Of a DNA stretch of 64,000 nucleotides, positions 52,412 through 61,690 are shown in pieces. The stretch's first letter is position 1; every line of letters starts with the position of its first letter. This DNA is from Candidatus Poseidoniaceae archaeon (GTDB taxonomy: Archaea; Thermoplasmatota; Poseidoniia; Poseidoniales; Poseidoniaceae). The stretch covers positions 1,825 through 65,824 of the forward strand of contig CAXPMI010000041.1 in the NCBI GenBank assembly GCA_964218365.1. Reading direction: 5' to 3'. Under the pieces are notes generated by a model. The model searched no databases, was not told where the DNA came from, and worked only from the letters and a program-made list of their open reading frames with translations. The position numbers and the translations under genes are program-made.

Positions 52412-54769
52412 ATGGAAAGCATCACTGACCCTAACATGCTTGAGGACAGAGCTTTCTACAAACTTGGGCTTTTCACCTATGACAATAGGAAGGCTGTTTT
52501 TATCACAGGTCTTCTATCATGCTTCTTGATGTCATCGTTGATGATTATGGGTCCAAACTGGGCTGAATCCTGGGGCGAAGGCGACCTTGAATCAATTGAA
52601 GCAGGAGATAAGTTAGAGGATGCATTTTTCGGAGAAGAAGAAGATGTTGAAGGCTTCATATTCCTCGTTTACCACGACTCATTGAATGATTCAGATGAGG
52701 AATGGAGGAAAGAAGTAACCGAGGCTTTGTCAGTCTTTGCAAAGATGGACGAGGTCGAAATAGAGTATTCATGGAACCAAGCAGGCGATGAAAGGAACGA
52801 ATTTGTTTACGAAGATGAAGACGGATTCTGGGCGAAAAATCGAGTAACCATAAGCCTTGACAGAAAAGAAGCAAAATCACTCTATGCAGAAAATTACGAG
52901 TCGATTGAAATTGATTCGGACTTTGAGTCATGGCGTACAGGAAATGTAGCGATAGACGTTACCTTCGACACAAGGATTCAGGATGATTTAATCAAAGCAG
53001 AATTGGTTTCTGGACCTTTGACGCTGATAATTTTAGGAATAGTATTCGGCACACTAATCGCAGCACTCCTGCCGCTAGGTGTCGCAGTCCTCACAGTACT
53101 AGCTGCAATGGGAATTACAATTTGGCTTTCTAACACAACTGATGTAACGCAATACGCTTTGAACATCATCACACTGATTGGAATCGGAGTTTCTGTGGAC
53201 TACTCACTATTCATGGTTAATCGTTTCAGAGAAGAACTCAACCGAGGTAGAGATCTGAGAATCTCAACTGCAATGACTGTGGCAACCGCTGGTAAGGCGG
53301 TATTCTTCAGTGGAGTAACCGTTGCAATCGGCCTGATGGGCATGCTATTCTTCGAAAATACAGGTCTTCCGAGTTTGGGTATTGGTGGTACATTGGCCGT
53401 TTCGGTAGCGATGATATTCTCAATTATTGTTCTACCAGCAGTTTTGGCAATGCTTGGCCACAGGTTATTCAAGTACAAAATTCCGTTTGCTTTTAGCACC
53501 GATAACGATGATGGAGACGGAATTTGGTCTAAGATTGCAAAAACTGTGATGGACAGGCCGTGGGCTGTATTAATTCCAACACTGATTATCCTGCTCGGTG
53601 CAGGATTGCCTTTCTTACAGGCGGACTTCTCGATAGCGTCAAGAGATGCACTGCCCCCGGATGATGAAACAAGAGTTGGTTTTGAGCACATGGATGAGAA
53701 GTGGCCTGAGGGGGCCGTCAACTCTGCTACGGTGGTTGTAGACTTTGACGGTGAGGATCCACTAGCCGAACAAAATATTCGGGCGATGTACAATTGGATG
53801 GCAGGGCAGTTAGACGATGACAGGGTTCTGGAGACGTTTGGATATGCGATGCCATACCCTGGCGTGACCGAGTCTGAAGCAGTAGCATACTGGCAGACTC
53901 CTAACGAGGATTTGACTCCAGAACAGGTAGCAACTAGGGAATATATCAAGCAGCAATTCGTATCTGATAATGTAACGTACATCGTATTCTCATTGGACGG
54001 ACCAATTACTGGTGAAGATAGTCGCAACTTTGTTAATGATGTAAGAGAAGATCGCTCAGACCTTATTGATGATCTGGTGATCGGCAAGGAAGGAAAGTTG
54101 CTAGTGGCTGGATTTGCCGCATATAGCGTCGACGTCTTGGATGCTATTGTTGAGAATCTACCAATTGCACTCGTTTTCATCTTCACCTCAACAATTGTCC
54201 TGATTTTCATTCAGGTTAGAAGCGTAATCATCCCAATCAAAGCAATAGTCATGAACATCTTATCGATATCAGCCTCTTTCGGAATGCTTGTGTTTGTATT
54301 CCAATGGGGTAATGGAGCTGAATTGTTAAACTTCACACCTCAGCCTATCGAAGCAACAAATCCTGTGATAATGTTCTGTATTGTATTTGGCCTTTCAATG
54401 GATTATGAAGTATTGATGCTATCAAGGATTCACGAGGAATGGGAAGTAACTGGAGACAACACACAAGCTGTAGCAAATGGCTTGCAGAAGACTGGCAGGC
54501 TGATTACAGGGGCTGCAGCGATTATGGTCGTTGTCTTCATGGCGTTTGGTCTATCATCGGTTGTAATTCTGAAACAAATTGGATTTGGTTTAGCACTAGC
54601 AATTCTTCTTGACGCCACAATAGTTAGAGCGTTAGTTGTACCTTCAACAATGAGATTGATGGGTAAGTGGAACTGGTGGAGTCCGAGTTGGTTGGGTGGT
54701 AAGACAGATACTCACTCTACAGGCACAGGATTAAACAACCTCGAAGATGTACAAAAATCCGAGGAATGA
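52412..54769 (+). CDS. MMPL/RND-superfamily exporter
   Basis: 785 aa. Two TM bundles, each preceded by a soluble loop. Duplicated motifs GVSVDYSLFMVNRFREE and GLSMDYEVLMLSRIHEE. Confidence 0.8.
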   Translation: MESITDPNMLEDRAFYKLGLFTYDNRKAVFITGLLSCFLMSSLMIMGPNWAESWGEGDLESIEAGDKLEDAFFGEEEDVEGFIFLVYHDSLNDSDEEWRKEVTEALSVFAKMDEVEIEYSWNQAGDERNEFVYEDEDGFWAKNRVTISLDRKEAKSLYAENYESIEIDSDFESWRTGNVAIDVTFDTRIQDDLIKAELVSGPLTLIILGIVFGTLIAALLPLGVAVLTVLAAMGITIWLSNTTDVTQYALNIITLIGIGVSVDYSLFMVNRFREELNRGRDLRISTAMTVATAGKAVFFSGVTVAIGLMGMLFFENTGLPSLGIGGTLAVSVAMIFSIIVLPAVLAMLGHRLFKYKIPFAFSTDNDDGDGIWSKIAKTVMDRPWAVLIPTLIILLGAGLPFLQADFSIASRDALPPDDETRVGFEHMDEKWPEGAVNSATVVVDFDGEDPLAEQNIRAMYNWMAGQLDDDRVLETFGYAMPYPGVTESEAVAYWQTPNEDLTPEQVATREYIKQQFVSDNVTYIVFSLDGPITGEDSRNFVNDVREDRSDLIDDLVIGKEGKLLVAGFAAYSVDVLDAIVENLPIALVFIFTSTIVLIFIQVRSVIIPIKAIVMNILSISASFGMLVFVFQWGNGAELLNFTPQPIEATNPVIMFCIVFGLSMDYEVLMLSRIHEEWEVTGDNTQAVANGLQKTGRLITGAAAIMVVVFMAFGLSSVVILKQIGFGLALAILLDATIVRALVVPSTMRLMGKWNWWSPSWLGGKTDTHSTGTGLNNLEDVQKSEE

Positions 54770-55183
54770 ATGAAAGACCATTAGAGCAATTAGTAGGTCA
54801 GCCGCTCTACCGTGTTTTGCTTTCTGTAACTTATCTCTCCTAGCGTTTCTCCCCCATCTCGCCATGATCCATAGCAAGATTATCCCGAGGGGTCCTGTGA
54901 ATCCGTGCAGGCTTCCGGGTAATAACCCCAGCCCTGTGTAATATCGAGCAAAGAATGCGATAAATACAGAAATTATGGCTGCTTGTAGAATTCTCTCTCC
55001 TATCTTTTCATGCCTCTCTAATTCTTCTTGGCGGCTAACGCCTTTCAATTCTCGACTTTTTTTCTTCCAGCCATATTGCCACCACATCCATCCAAGAATT
55101 GCAACAGCCGTAATAGGGTGCAGTAGTAGGATAACGGTGTCTGCAGCCCCCATCAATTTGAAGTCGAAAGGCTTCTCTTTCAT
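54731..55183 (-). CDS. Four-TM membrane protein with conserved-looking histidines (cytochrome b561/DUF4079-like?)
   Basis: 150 aa. His in LLLHPI, SLHGF and VFHSF helices. The family guess is weak. 39-nt convergent overlap with the MMPL gene. Confidence 0.35.
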   Translation of the reverse strand: MKEKPFDFKLMGAADTVILLLHPITAVAILGWMWWQYGWKKKSRELKGVSRQEELERHEKIGERILQAAIISVFIAFFARYYTGLGLLPGSLHGFTGPLGIILLWIMARWGRNARRDKLQKAKHGRAADLLIALMVFHSFLGFLYIFEVV

Positions 55184-55238
55184 TGTTGTTTGGAAGAAAT
55201 TAGAGCCGGTGGCTCTAAAGAGGTCCGACTGAGGCCCT

Positions 55239-55253
55239 CACCCCGTAGGGGTG
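55239..55253. promoter_or_regulatory. GC hairpin CACCCC-GTA-GGGGTG, immediately upstream of the ATG at 55257
   Basis: Perfect 6-bp stem with a 3-nt loop. A second 6-bp/3-nt hairpin AGAGCC-GGT-GGCTCT lies at 55202-55216 in the same 73-nt divergent spacer. Confidence 0.35.
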
Positions 55254-55256
55254 AAA

Positions 55257-58200
55257 ATGCTGCAAGAGAATAACCTCGCTGTTTGTCTCAAAACGGGCAT
55301 GTTAGAACACCTACCTCCAAGAACTAGACAATCCAAAGTTGCGAAAACAGCAGAGTGGAGGGCTCTTGATAAACCGTGGAAATCATTACTTCTAATCTGT
55401 CTTCATGAGGTACAGATTCCTGACGAAGAAGAAGGTAATTCTACACCTATTGTGCGAAATCGTAGAGTTCAGAGAGGCAGGAGAGGGGCTAAATCAAATT
55501 CAGGACCCCTTGAGTGGTTACCAAAGGCTGAGGATGTCTTGATCGATGATGGTTCGCCGATAGCTTACAGACTAGCGGTTTTGCTAATCAGAAAGACTCT
55601 TTTTTCAGACGATTGGGAAGAAAGTTGGGACAGTATCCTTGAATCATTAAGAGAAGATGCAACAAGCCAAGGTGTCCATCCAGTTTGGTCAAAAATGGCT
55701 GAAGCAACTCCAATTCTAGCTCAATTTGCAGCATTCCCTAAGTCCGAAGTTAAGGAACAAGAGGCGGATAAGTTTGACACTGCAATAGCGAGAATTGACC
55801 CTGCAAATGGAAAATCACTCGCAAAAGCACTCTCGACTTTTGAGGCAAATTCCTCGGATGCTAAAGTAAAGATGGCGCTCAGAACAGCAGTTGCTCAATT
55901 GAATGGAAAGAGAGGACTAAGAGATATTGGAGGACTTGAGAACCTAGAAGGAGATTCATCTATTATCAGTGTGTTAATACACATAAACTTAGGAAATGAT
56001 GCAACTGCTTCACTCAAAGAATTGTCAAAGTCAAATGCAGAATTAGCAAACGCATTCTCAGATTTGTTGGATTTGAGGAATGGTATTTGTAAGGATTGGA
56101 ATAACTCAATAAAACTTACTGGGGATGATGAACTATCCTTAGTTCGCAAGACAGAGGCATGGGCTTTGTTACCCGAAGAAGCATCAGAACTCTCTAGCGA
56201 CGAGTTACAATCAGGTTTAGATTTGGGACTAACTACACAGCAAAAGGAGACTATTACCTGGTGGAGATTAGCTGCCTTGGTTCGTGAAGGTTCTTCGGAA
56301 TTAGCCTTAGAGTTGTTGACTTCTTTGAGTGTAGAACCAGATGCAGAAATGTCGACCTTGATTCCACTAGTCAAAGAACTTGGACATGATGCGACAGAAT
56401 GGTTGGTCAAGCAAACAGAAATATTGGCTGAGGAAGGGCTATCTTCAATTGTAAACGATACTAGTCTGGGAACCGATTTACGCTCAGCCGCAGCAAGGAA
56501 ACTCCACGATAGTGAAGCATCTATTGGTATTGATTCATCCATTGATTTGTTCTCTAGAAATCTCGACCTGAACAGGCTTGCAGAAGTCTTACTTGTAGAT
56601 GAACAAAGATGTATTGACCACCCATATGCTACTCTTTTAGTTGCACATCTTCTACCTGCAAAGTCAAAAGGTTGGGACTTCGAAACAATCAGGAAAGCAA
56701 GAAGAAATGCACTGACTACAGTTGAGAATGCAGAGGTTCCAAGCGCATTCTCGCCCGCTAGTAAAGGACTCATTTTGATGTTGGATGGAGCAGCTCAATC
56801 AGATGATGATTGGGTTGTCGATACTCTAGACAAAAACGGTATCAAGGCATTCAATAATTGCAAGCAGGCGTTGAAGGATGGAGGAGATGGTTTAGCAGAT
56901 TCGAAGGTCCTTGATACCCTCGCAAAGAGTGTCTCAGAGGCTGAGTTATCCGATATTGAATCTAGATTGTTCAGCGCTGTTATCGACACATTGCGTTTGA
57001 ACAGAGCCTCGTGGTTATTGCAAACTGGTAAGTCAAAAGGCGTTGTTGAGTTACTCGATGGCCTACTCTCAGGTGATGTAACAGCCATGCCAATGATGCA
57101 GGCAGTCAGGCATCTTGTTTTGGAACACGACATCGGTTTGACTAACTTGGTATCTTGGTATCAAGAAAATGACCCGCAATCGCCGTGGCACACACTCGCA
57201 CGTGCCGCCATGCACGTCAGTAACCAAGACGAACTGAACGCTGCTAGAGATTACAAGAAAGCAGGAGACCACGAGGAATTCGATTACGAACACAGGATTT
57301 TGCTCCACAGGAAGGCATTGATTCACCTCGCACATGCGGAGCAATGGTCTGAGGCAGTTTCACTTCTAGAGAATCAACCTGCTCTTAAGTCAGCGCTTAC
57401 AAAGAGATTCCAACTGTACCTGAATGTCTCTCATGTCGCAGCAAATAAACGCAACACAGACGAAGCTACCAGAATGCTGACAAACTTCGTAAAGCGAACT
57501 GAAATGGTCGAACAAGAAGACCAATTTGGTAATCTCCAGAATGTGGAGAGAGTCAGACATTCAGAAGAAGAATTAGACATGCTGAGGAATTATCCAAGAT
57601 CACACCCACGTCATCTACCAATAGAGCCATTCTCTGGCAGAGTAAAAGCGGCATTGAATTCATTACAAAGAGAGAGACGAAGAAACCGTCATACCTTTGA
57701 GAATCGATATGCAACAGCAATGCTACATGACCCGTCAGGAGAAGAAATTTACGAAATCGCTCTTGCAGCAGCAGAAGAGAAACCGCTTGAAGGTTTGATG
57801 CTACTAGAAAGGGCACAAAACTCCGGTAAATTTGGTGTTCTAGACATCAAGAGACTTGCTGATGCAGAGAGGGGATTGTTCGCAACTCACAGGCACAATC
57901 TTCCTGTTAAGCAGAGGTCATATCTGAGAAACCTGGCATTAACTCCTCTAGTGATTATTGACACCAATATCCTGGTCGATGAACTTCAAAACAGAATTTC
58001 AGAGAGATTAGGAATTAATTCAGAAGCTTCTCTTGACGTTGGAGGTAGAGGAAGATTCCATCGAATCTTAAAGCACCGCTCTGCAGAAGGAGTCATCAAA
58101 TTGTGGCTACCAAAGATTGTTCAAAATGAACTGATTTCTATCGCAACAGATGTGGAGAGAATCAGAGAGAGATTCTCAGAAACCCTAGTTTCTGGTAAAG

Positions 58201-58628
58201 AATTGAACTCAATCTTGAACGAGAAGTCACTACTCGAAATAGCGAATGGGGTAATCTCTGAATTCTCAAATTGGAAACCATTAGATTTGCACATTGAAGA
58301 CGAAGCTGACGATGAAGACATTCGCGCAGGATTGAGGACATTCTTGTTAGAGCACACTGAAGTTTATGATGAAATTACGGCAATGAAGAGGTTGCATGGT
58401 GAACCTATGCGTGAAGTTATTGACGGCAAGGACATCTATCCAGAAAAGGCAGACCAGTCACTAATGTGCCTCTCTACGGCTATGGCAAACCGCCCGCTTG
58501 GAGAAATTGGTAGTATTCTAATTGCTACAAGAGATTCGGATTTCGCTTTGGTCGCAAGAGCGATTGAAGAGAGATTTGGATTCGGAGTCATAGCAAGTAG
58601 CCGCGACCTAAACTCATGGCTTAGATGA
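55257..58628 (+). CDS. Large all-alpha (HEAT/TPR-like) protein with C-terminal PIN-domain nuclease
   Basis: ATG 55257 (GTG 55251 lies inside a hairpin). About 890 aa are predicted helical by composition. C-terminal acidic tetrad candidates: VIIDTN, VQNEL, EKADQS, IATRDSDF. Confidence 0.6.
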   Translation: MLQENNLAVCLKTGMLEHLPPRTRQSKVAKTAEWRALDKPWKSLLLICLHEVQIPDEEEGNSTPIVRNRRVQRGRRGAKSNSGPLEWLPKAEDVLIDDGSPIAYRLAVLLIRKTLFSDDWEESWDSILESLREDATSQGVHPVWSKMAEATPILAQFAAFPKSEVKEQEADKFDTAIARIDPANGKSLAKALSTFEANSSDAKVKMALRTAVAQLNGKRGLRDIGGLENLEGDSSIISVLIHINLGNDATASLKELSKSNAELANAFSDLLDLRNGICKDWNNSIKLTGDDELSLVRKTEAWALLPEEASELSSDELQSGLDLGLTTQQKETITWWRLAALVREGSSELALELLTSLSVEPDAEMSTLIPLVKELGHDATEWLVKQTEILAEEGLSSIVNDTSLGTDLRSAAARKLHDSEASIGIDSSIDLFSRNLDLNRLAEVLLVDEQRCIDHPYATLLVAHLLPAKSKGWDFETIRKARRNALTTVENAEVPSAFSPASKGLILMLDGAAQSDDDWVVDTLDKNGIKAFNNCKQALKDGGDGLADSKVLDTLAKSVSEAELSDIESRLFSAVIDTLRLNRASWLLQTGKSKGVVELLDGLLSGDVTAMPMMQAVRHLVLEHDIGLTNLVSWYQENDPQSPWHTLARAAMHVSNQDELNAARDYKKAGDHEEFDYEHRILLHRKALIHLAHAEQWSEAVSLLENQPALKSALTKRFQLYLNVSHVAANKRNTDEATRMLTNFVKRTEMVEQEDQFGNLQNVERVRHSEEELDMLRNYPRSHPRHLPIEPFSGRVKAALNSLQRERRRNRHTFENRYATAMLHDPSGEEIYEIALAAAEEKPLEGLMLLERAQNSGKFGVLDIKRLADAERGLFATHRHNLPVKQRSYLRNLALTPLVIIDTNILVDELQNRISERLGINSEASLDVGGRGRFHRILKHRSAEGVIKLWLPKIVQNELISIATDVERIRERFSETLVSGKELNSILNEKSLLEIANGVISEFSNWKPLDLHIEDEADDEDIRAGLRTFLLEHTEVYDEITAMKRLHGEPMREVIDGKDIYPEKADQSLMCLSTAMANRPLGEIGSILIATRDSDFALVARAIEERFGFGVIASSRDLNSWLR

Positions 58629-58946
58629 TTCAGAGTTTAGGATTTTAATCAAATCTTGACCGATAAGTAATGGTGTAGCTAACGCTTCCCTATTTGCCCC
58701 TGATAGTTGAACGGTATACTTCTTGGAACCAATTCTAAATGTTGTCTCATACAATGGTCGAATCTGTTTCCCCATTGCATTTTTGACTTTTACAGTTCCA
58801 ATCAAAGGCAATCTTAGAGCCCTCGCTAGCGAATCATCAATAGAACACCGAGCAGCGCCCGTGTCAATTTTGGCTTTCATTCGAATCCACCATTTCACGT
58901 CAGACCCAGTCTTCACTGATACCCAACGCGAATCATAATCTGGCAT
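58614..58946 (-). CDS. Retropepsin-like aspartic protease (family historically annotated as 'putative ATP-dependent zinc protease')
   Basis: 110 aa. KAKIDTGAARCSI (D-T-G-A) and C-terminal LLIGQDLI. 15-nt convergent overlap with the PIN gene. Confidence 0.6.
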   Translation of the reverse strand: MPDYDSRWVSVKTGSDVKWWIRMKAKIDTGAARCSIDDSLARALRLPLIGTVKVKNAMGKQIRPLYETTFRIGSKKYTVQLSGANREALATPLLIGQDLIKILNSESSKP

Positions 58947-58955
58947 TTGACCGCC

Positions 58956-60182
58956 TCACATGTGAGAAATGATTGCCTTCCCAAATGCTGAACAAGATAG
59001 TAGTTCAGCGTCATCCATCAGCCTTTCAAAGTCATAAGTAACTGTCTTGGCTGAAATCGCTCCTTCCATTCCACCAACGATTAGGTCAGCAGCTTCACTC
59101 CAACCCATGTGACGCAGCATCATTTCAGCAGACAGGATTAGGGAGCCGGGATTTACCTTGTCTTGTCCGGCATACTTTGGAGCAGTTCCGTGGGTTGCTT
59201 CAAAAATTGAGATTCCAGTATCGTAATTGATGTTGGCACCAGGTGCAATTCCAATTCCACCTACTTGAGCAGCTAAAGCATCAGAAATGTAGTCACCGTT
59301 CAAGTTCATTGTGGCTAATACACCATACTCTGCTGGTCTAGTGATAATTTGTTGAAGCATAGCATCTGCGATTACATCTTTGATGGTGATGGTGGTCCCT
59401 GTGTTCGGATTTTCGAACGTGCACCATGGTCCTCCATCAAGCTCTGTAGCACCAAATTCATCTTTTGCTAATTGGTATCCCCAATCTCTGAAACCACCTT
59501 CTGTGAACTTCATGATGTTGCCTTTGTGAACAAGAGTGACACTGTCCTTGTCATTGTCTACTGCGTATTGGATAGCAGCGCGAACTATTCTCGCAGTCCC
59601 CTCTTTGCTGATTGGCTTAATTCCGATTCCAGAGGTATCTGGGAATCTTATTTTGTCTACACCCATTTCATTAACCAAGAAATCGATTACTTTCGCAACG
59701 CCTTCTGAACCCGCTTCCCATTCGATACCAGCGTAAACGTCTTCGCTGTTCTCTCTAAAGATGATCATATCAACATCTCCAGGCGCCTTTACTGGGGAAG
59801 GTGTTCCTTCATACCAGCGCACTGGTCTAACACATGCGAATAAATCCAACTTCTGTCGAAGAGCGACATTTAGAGAGCGAATACCTCCACCGACAGGTGT
59901 GGTAAGTGGGCCTTTTATCGAGACCAAACCGGTCTTCATTGCATCTAGAGTTGCCTCTGGTAACCATTCACCAGTGTGGTTGAACGCTTTTTCACCTGCA
60001 AGGGTTTCGCTCCAAGTTATTTGCTTGCTACCGGAGTATGCTTTCTCAACTGCAGCATCGACAACCTCTATCATTACTGGTGTGATATCAACTCCAATTC
60101 CATCGCCTTCAATGTAGTGAACAATTGGATTATCTGGTACAACTAAAACTCCGTTTTCCATTGTGATTGGACTGCCTGACAT
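58956..60182 (-). CDS. icd: NADP-dependent isocitrate dehydrogenase
   Basis: [23 protein letters not shown] and [26 protein letters not shown] are nearly identical to the E. coli Icd motifs. 408 aa. Confidence 0.97.
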   Translation of the reverse strand: MSGSPITMENGVLVVPDNPIVHYIEGDGIGVDITPVMIEVVDAAVEKAYSGSKQITWSETLAGEKAFNHTGEWLPEATLDAMKTGLVSIKGPLTTPVGGGIRSLNVALRQKLDLFACVRPVRWYEGTPSPVKAPGDVDMIIFRENSEDVYAGIEWEAGSEGVAKVIDFLVNEMGVDKIRFPDTSGIGIKPISKEGTARIVRAAIQYAVDNDKDSVTLVHKGNIMKFTEGGFRDWGYQLAKDEFGATELDGGPWCTFENPNTGTTITIKDVIADAMLQQIITRPAEYGVLATMNLNGDYISDALAAQVGGIGIAPGANINYDTGISIFEATHGTAPKYAGQDKVNPGSLILSAEMMLRHMGWSEAADLIVGGMEGAISAKTVTYDFERLMDDAELLSCSAFGKAIISHM

Positions 60183-60267
60183 GGTGCTCGTTACACGCCA
60201 ACTTGACCCCCTTCATCAACACAGCGGTCGACGGTGGTTTCTTCCCCTAGCGACATTTGGCCGATTT

Positions 60268-60660
60268 ATGCAGGGAACCGTCGAATGGACAGGTGGTAAG
60301 AACATGGTTGGAATCAATTCCAACGGTCAAAGAATAGAGATGAACTGGGAAGACGGGCCAAGTCCAATGCAATTAGCGCTGCAGATGATAGGTGCATGTT
60401 CAATCGTAGATGTTGTAATAGGGCTTAAAGAAAGAGATTTTTCTAAAGTGTGGGTAGAGATGGATTCTACTCGTAATGACGAATCTCCTCGCTATTTCAC
60501 TACGATTCATCTCGTATACCACGTTGAGGGAAATGTACCTCAGAAGTTGGTTGAAAGAGTAGTACACAAGTCTCATGAAAAATATTGCAGTGTATCCAAC
60601 AGTTTGAGGAAAGACTGCAAGATTACTTCTGAAGTAATCATTCATCAAAGTCAAGAGTAA
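60268..60660 (+). CDS. osmC: OsmC/Ohr-family peroxiredoxin-like protein
   Basis: Start trimmed to ATG 60268. Two conserved-position Cys (IGACSIVD, EKYCSVSNSL). About 130 aa. Confidence 0.7.
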   Translation: MQGTVEWTGGKNMVGINSNGQRIEMNWEDGPSPMQLALQMIGACSIVDVVIGLKERDFSKVWVEMDSTRNDESPRYFTTIHLVYHVEGNVPQKLVERVVHKSHEKYCSVSNSLRKDCKITSEVIIHQSQE

Positions 60661-61687
60661 TCCAACCATCTTCAACAGAGACATTCTTGAAATTATTATT
60701 CAACCCTGCAGCTTGTGAAAGTTGTAGAGGTAGTGTTTCTAGAGCGTTTAGAACTAGATTTCCAACAGCATCGTGAATCCTTACCCAACTCTCTCCAAGG
60801 CCTTCCGGAGCAGGATTCAATTTCGCAAAACCGTTGACATTTACGGTTGCAAAAGGACGCACTAAGCCAGATTCTCCCAAGTCGACGATCATTGAAATTT
60901 TTAGGTTATTTCCATCAATTTCTAACTCACTAGAAGAAGGCATAATTTGGAAACCATCAGGAATACCATCTAGTCCTTTTTCACCACGCTTGTGTCTCAT
61001 GGAGATGAATCTTCTTACCCATGCTAATAGTACGGAACTGCAGAAGACCAAGTCTTTCTTAGGAGCAGGTGTTGAGACAGCATGCTCACCTTTCCAACCC
61101 CATCCACATTTCTCGTGCTTGACAGGAATCAGTTCAGGCATCCAAGAAAGGTGGCTTGGTTTTGCTTCCGGGTGGTCGATGACCACAAATGCGTCCCCTT
61201 CAGAAAGTTCAGCATCCTTTTTGTGGACTGTTTTTGGTACAGACAAGACGAGGCCGAGAATTATTGCAAGCGGGTCGAGCGCTGCAGGCCATCCATCTAA
61301 TGGTTCAGCCTCTTTTTCTAGCCAAACTCCATTCGCAAGGTCTTCTCCTAGGCCAAGGCCTTGAGCGAAAACAAATGCATCCCTCCAAGCGGATTTTGAA
61401 AGTCCAACGTCAAGGGCAGCCCTTCCCATTGAACGCGCACTTTGTCCTAGATTTTCTTTATCGCTTAGTCCATCTAGCCATTCTCTGAGAATTTGGTCTC
61501 CGTCACCAAAAGACCTTCTTTTGTTCTTTGAGATGTCATTCAACCATTCCTGTTCTTGCTCAGCCCTTTCCTTGTCACTCAAACCAAGTTGGATTTGCAG
61601 AGATTCGAGCATTAACGCACCTTCTCTTGATAGTGCGCCATCTGACCAAGCGAGTGCTAGGCCGTGCTCGAATGGGGTAGGGGCCAT
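60638..61687 (-). CDS. Hypothetical protein with N-terminal TerB-like helical module
   Basis: 349 aa. LAWSDGALSREGALMLESLQIQLGLSDKER parallels the C-terminus of the upstream gene product. Possible TM LDPLAIILGLVLSV. 3-nt gap to the upstream gene. Confidence 0.45.
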   Translation of the reverse strand: MAPTPFEHGLALAWSDGALSREGALMLESLQIQLGLSDKERAEQEQEWLNDISKNKRRSFGDGDQILREWLDGLSDKENLGQSARSMGRAALDVGLSKSAWRDAFVFAQGLGLGEDLANGVWLEKEAEPLDGWPAALDPLAIILGLVLSVPKTVHKKDAELSEGDAFVVIDHPEAKPSHLSWMPELIPVKHEKCGWGWKGEHAVSTPAPKKDLVFCSSVLLAWVRRFISMRHKRGEKGLDGIPDGFQIMPSSSELEIDGNNLKISMIVDLGESGLVRPFATVNVNGFAKLNPAPEGLGESWVRIHDAVGNLVLNALETLPLQLSQAAGLNNNFKNVSVEDGWITLDFDE

Positions 61688-61690
61688 CGG

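Noticed and set aside
53200-54210. 336-aa ORF antisense to the MMPL gene
   Set aside because: Ser/Thr/Ile/Ala-rich composition with no motif, entirely inside a well-supported sense gene. Typical shadow ORF opposite a hydrophobic-protein gene.
55895-56773. 292-aa ORF antisense to the PIN-protein gene
   Set aside because: Ser-rich shadow ORF with no start context or motifs. The sense frame is continuous for 1125 codons.
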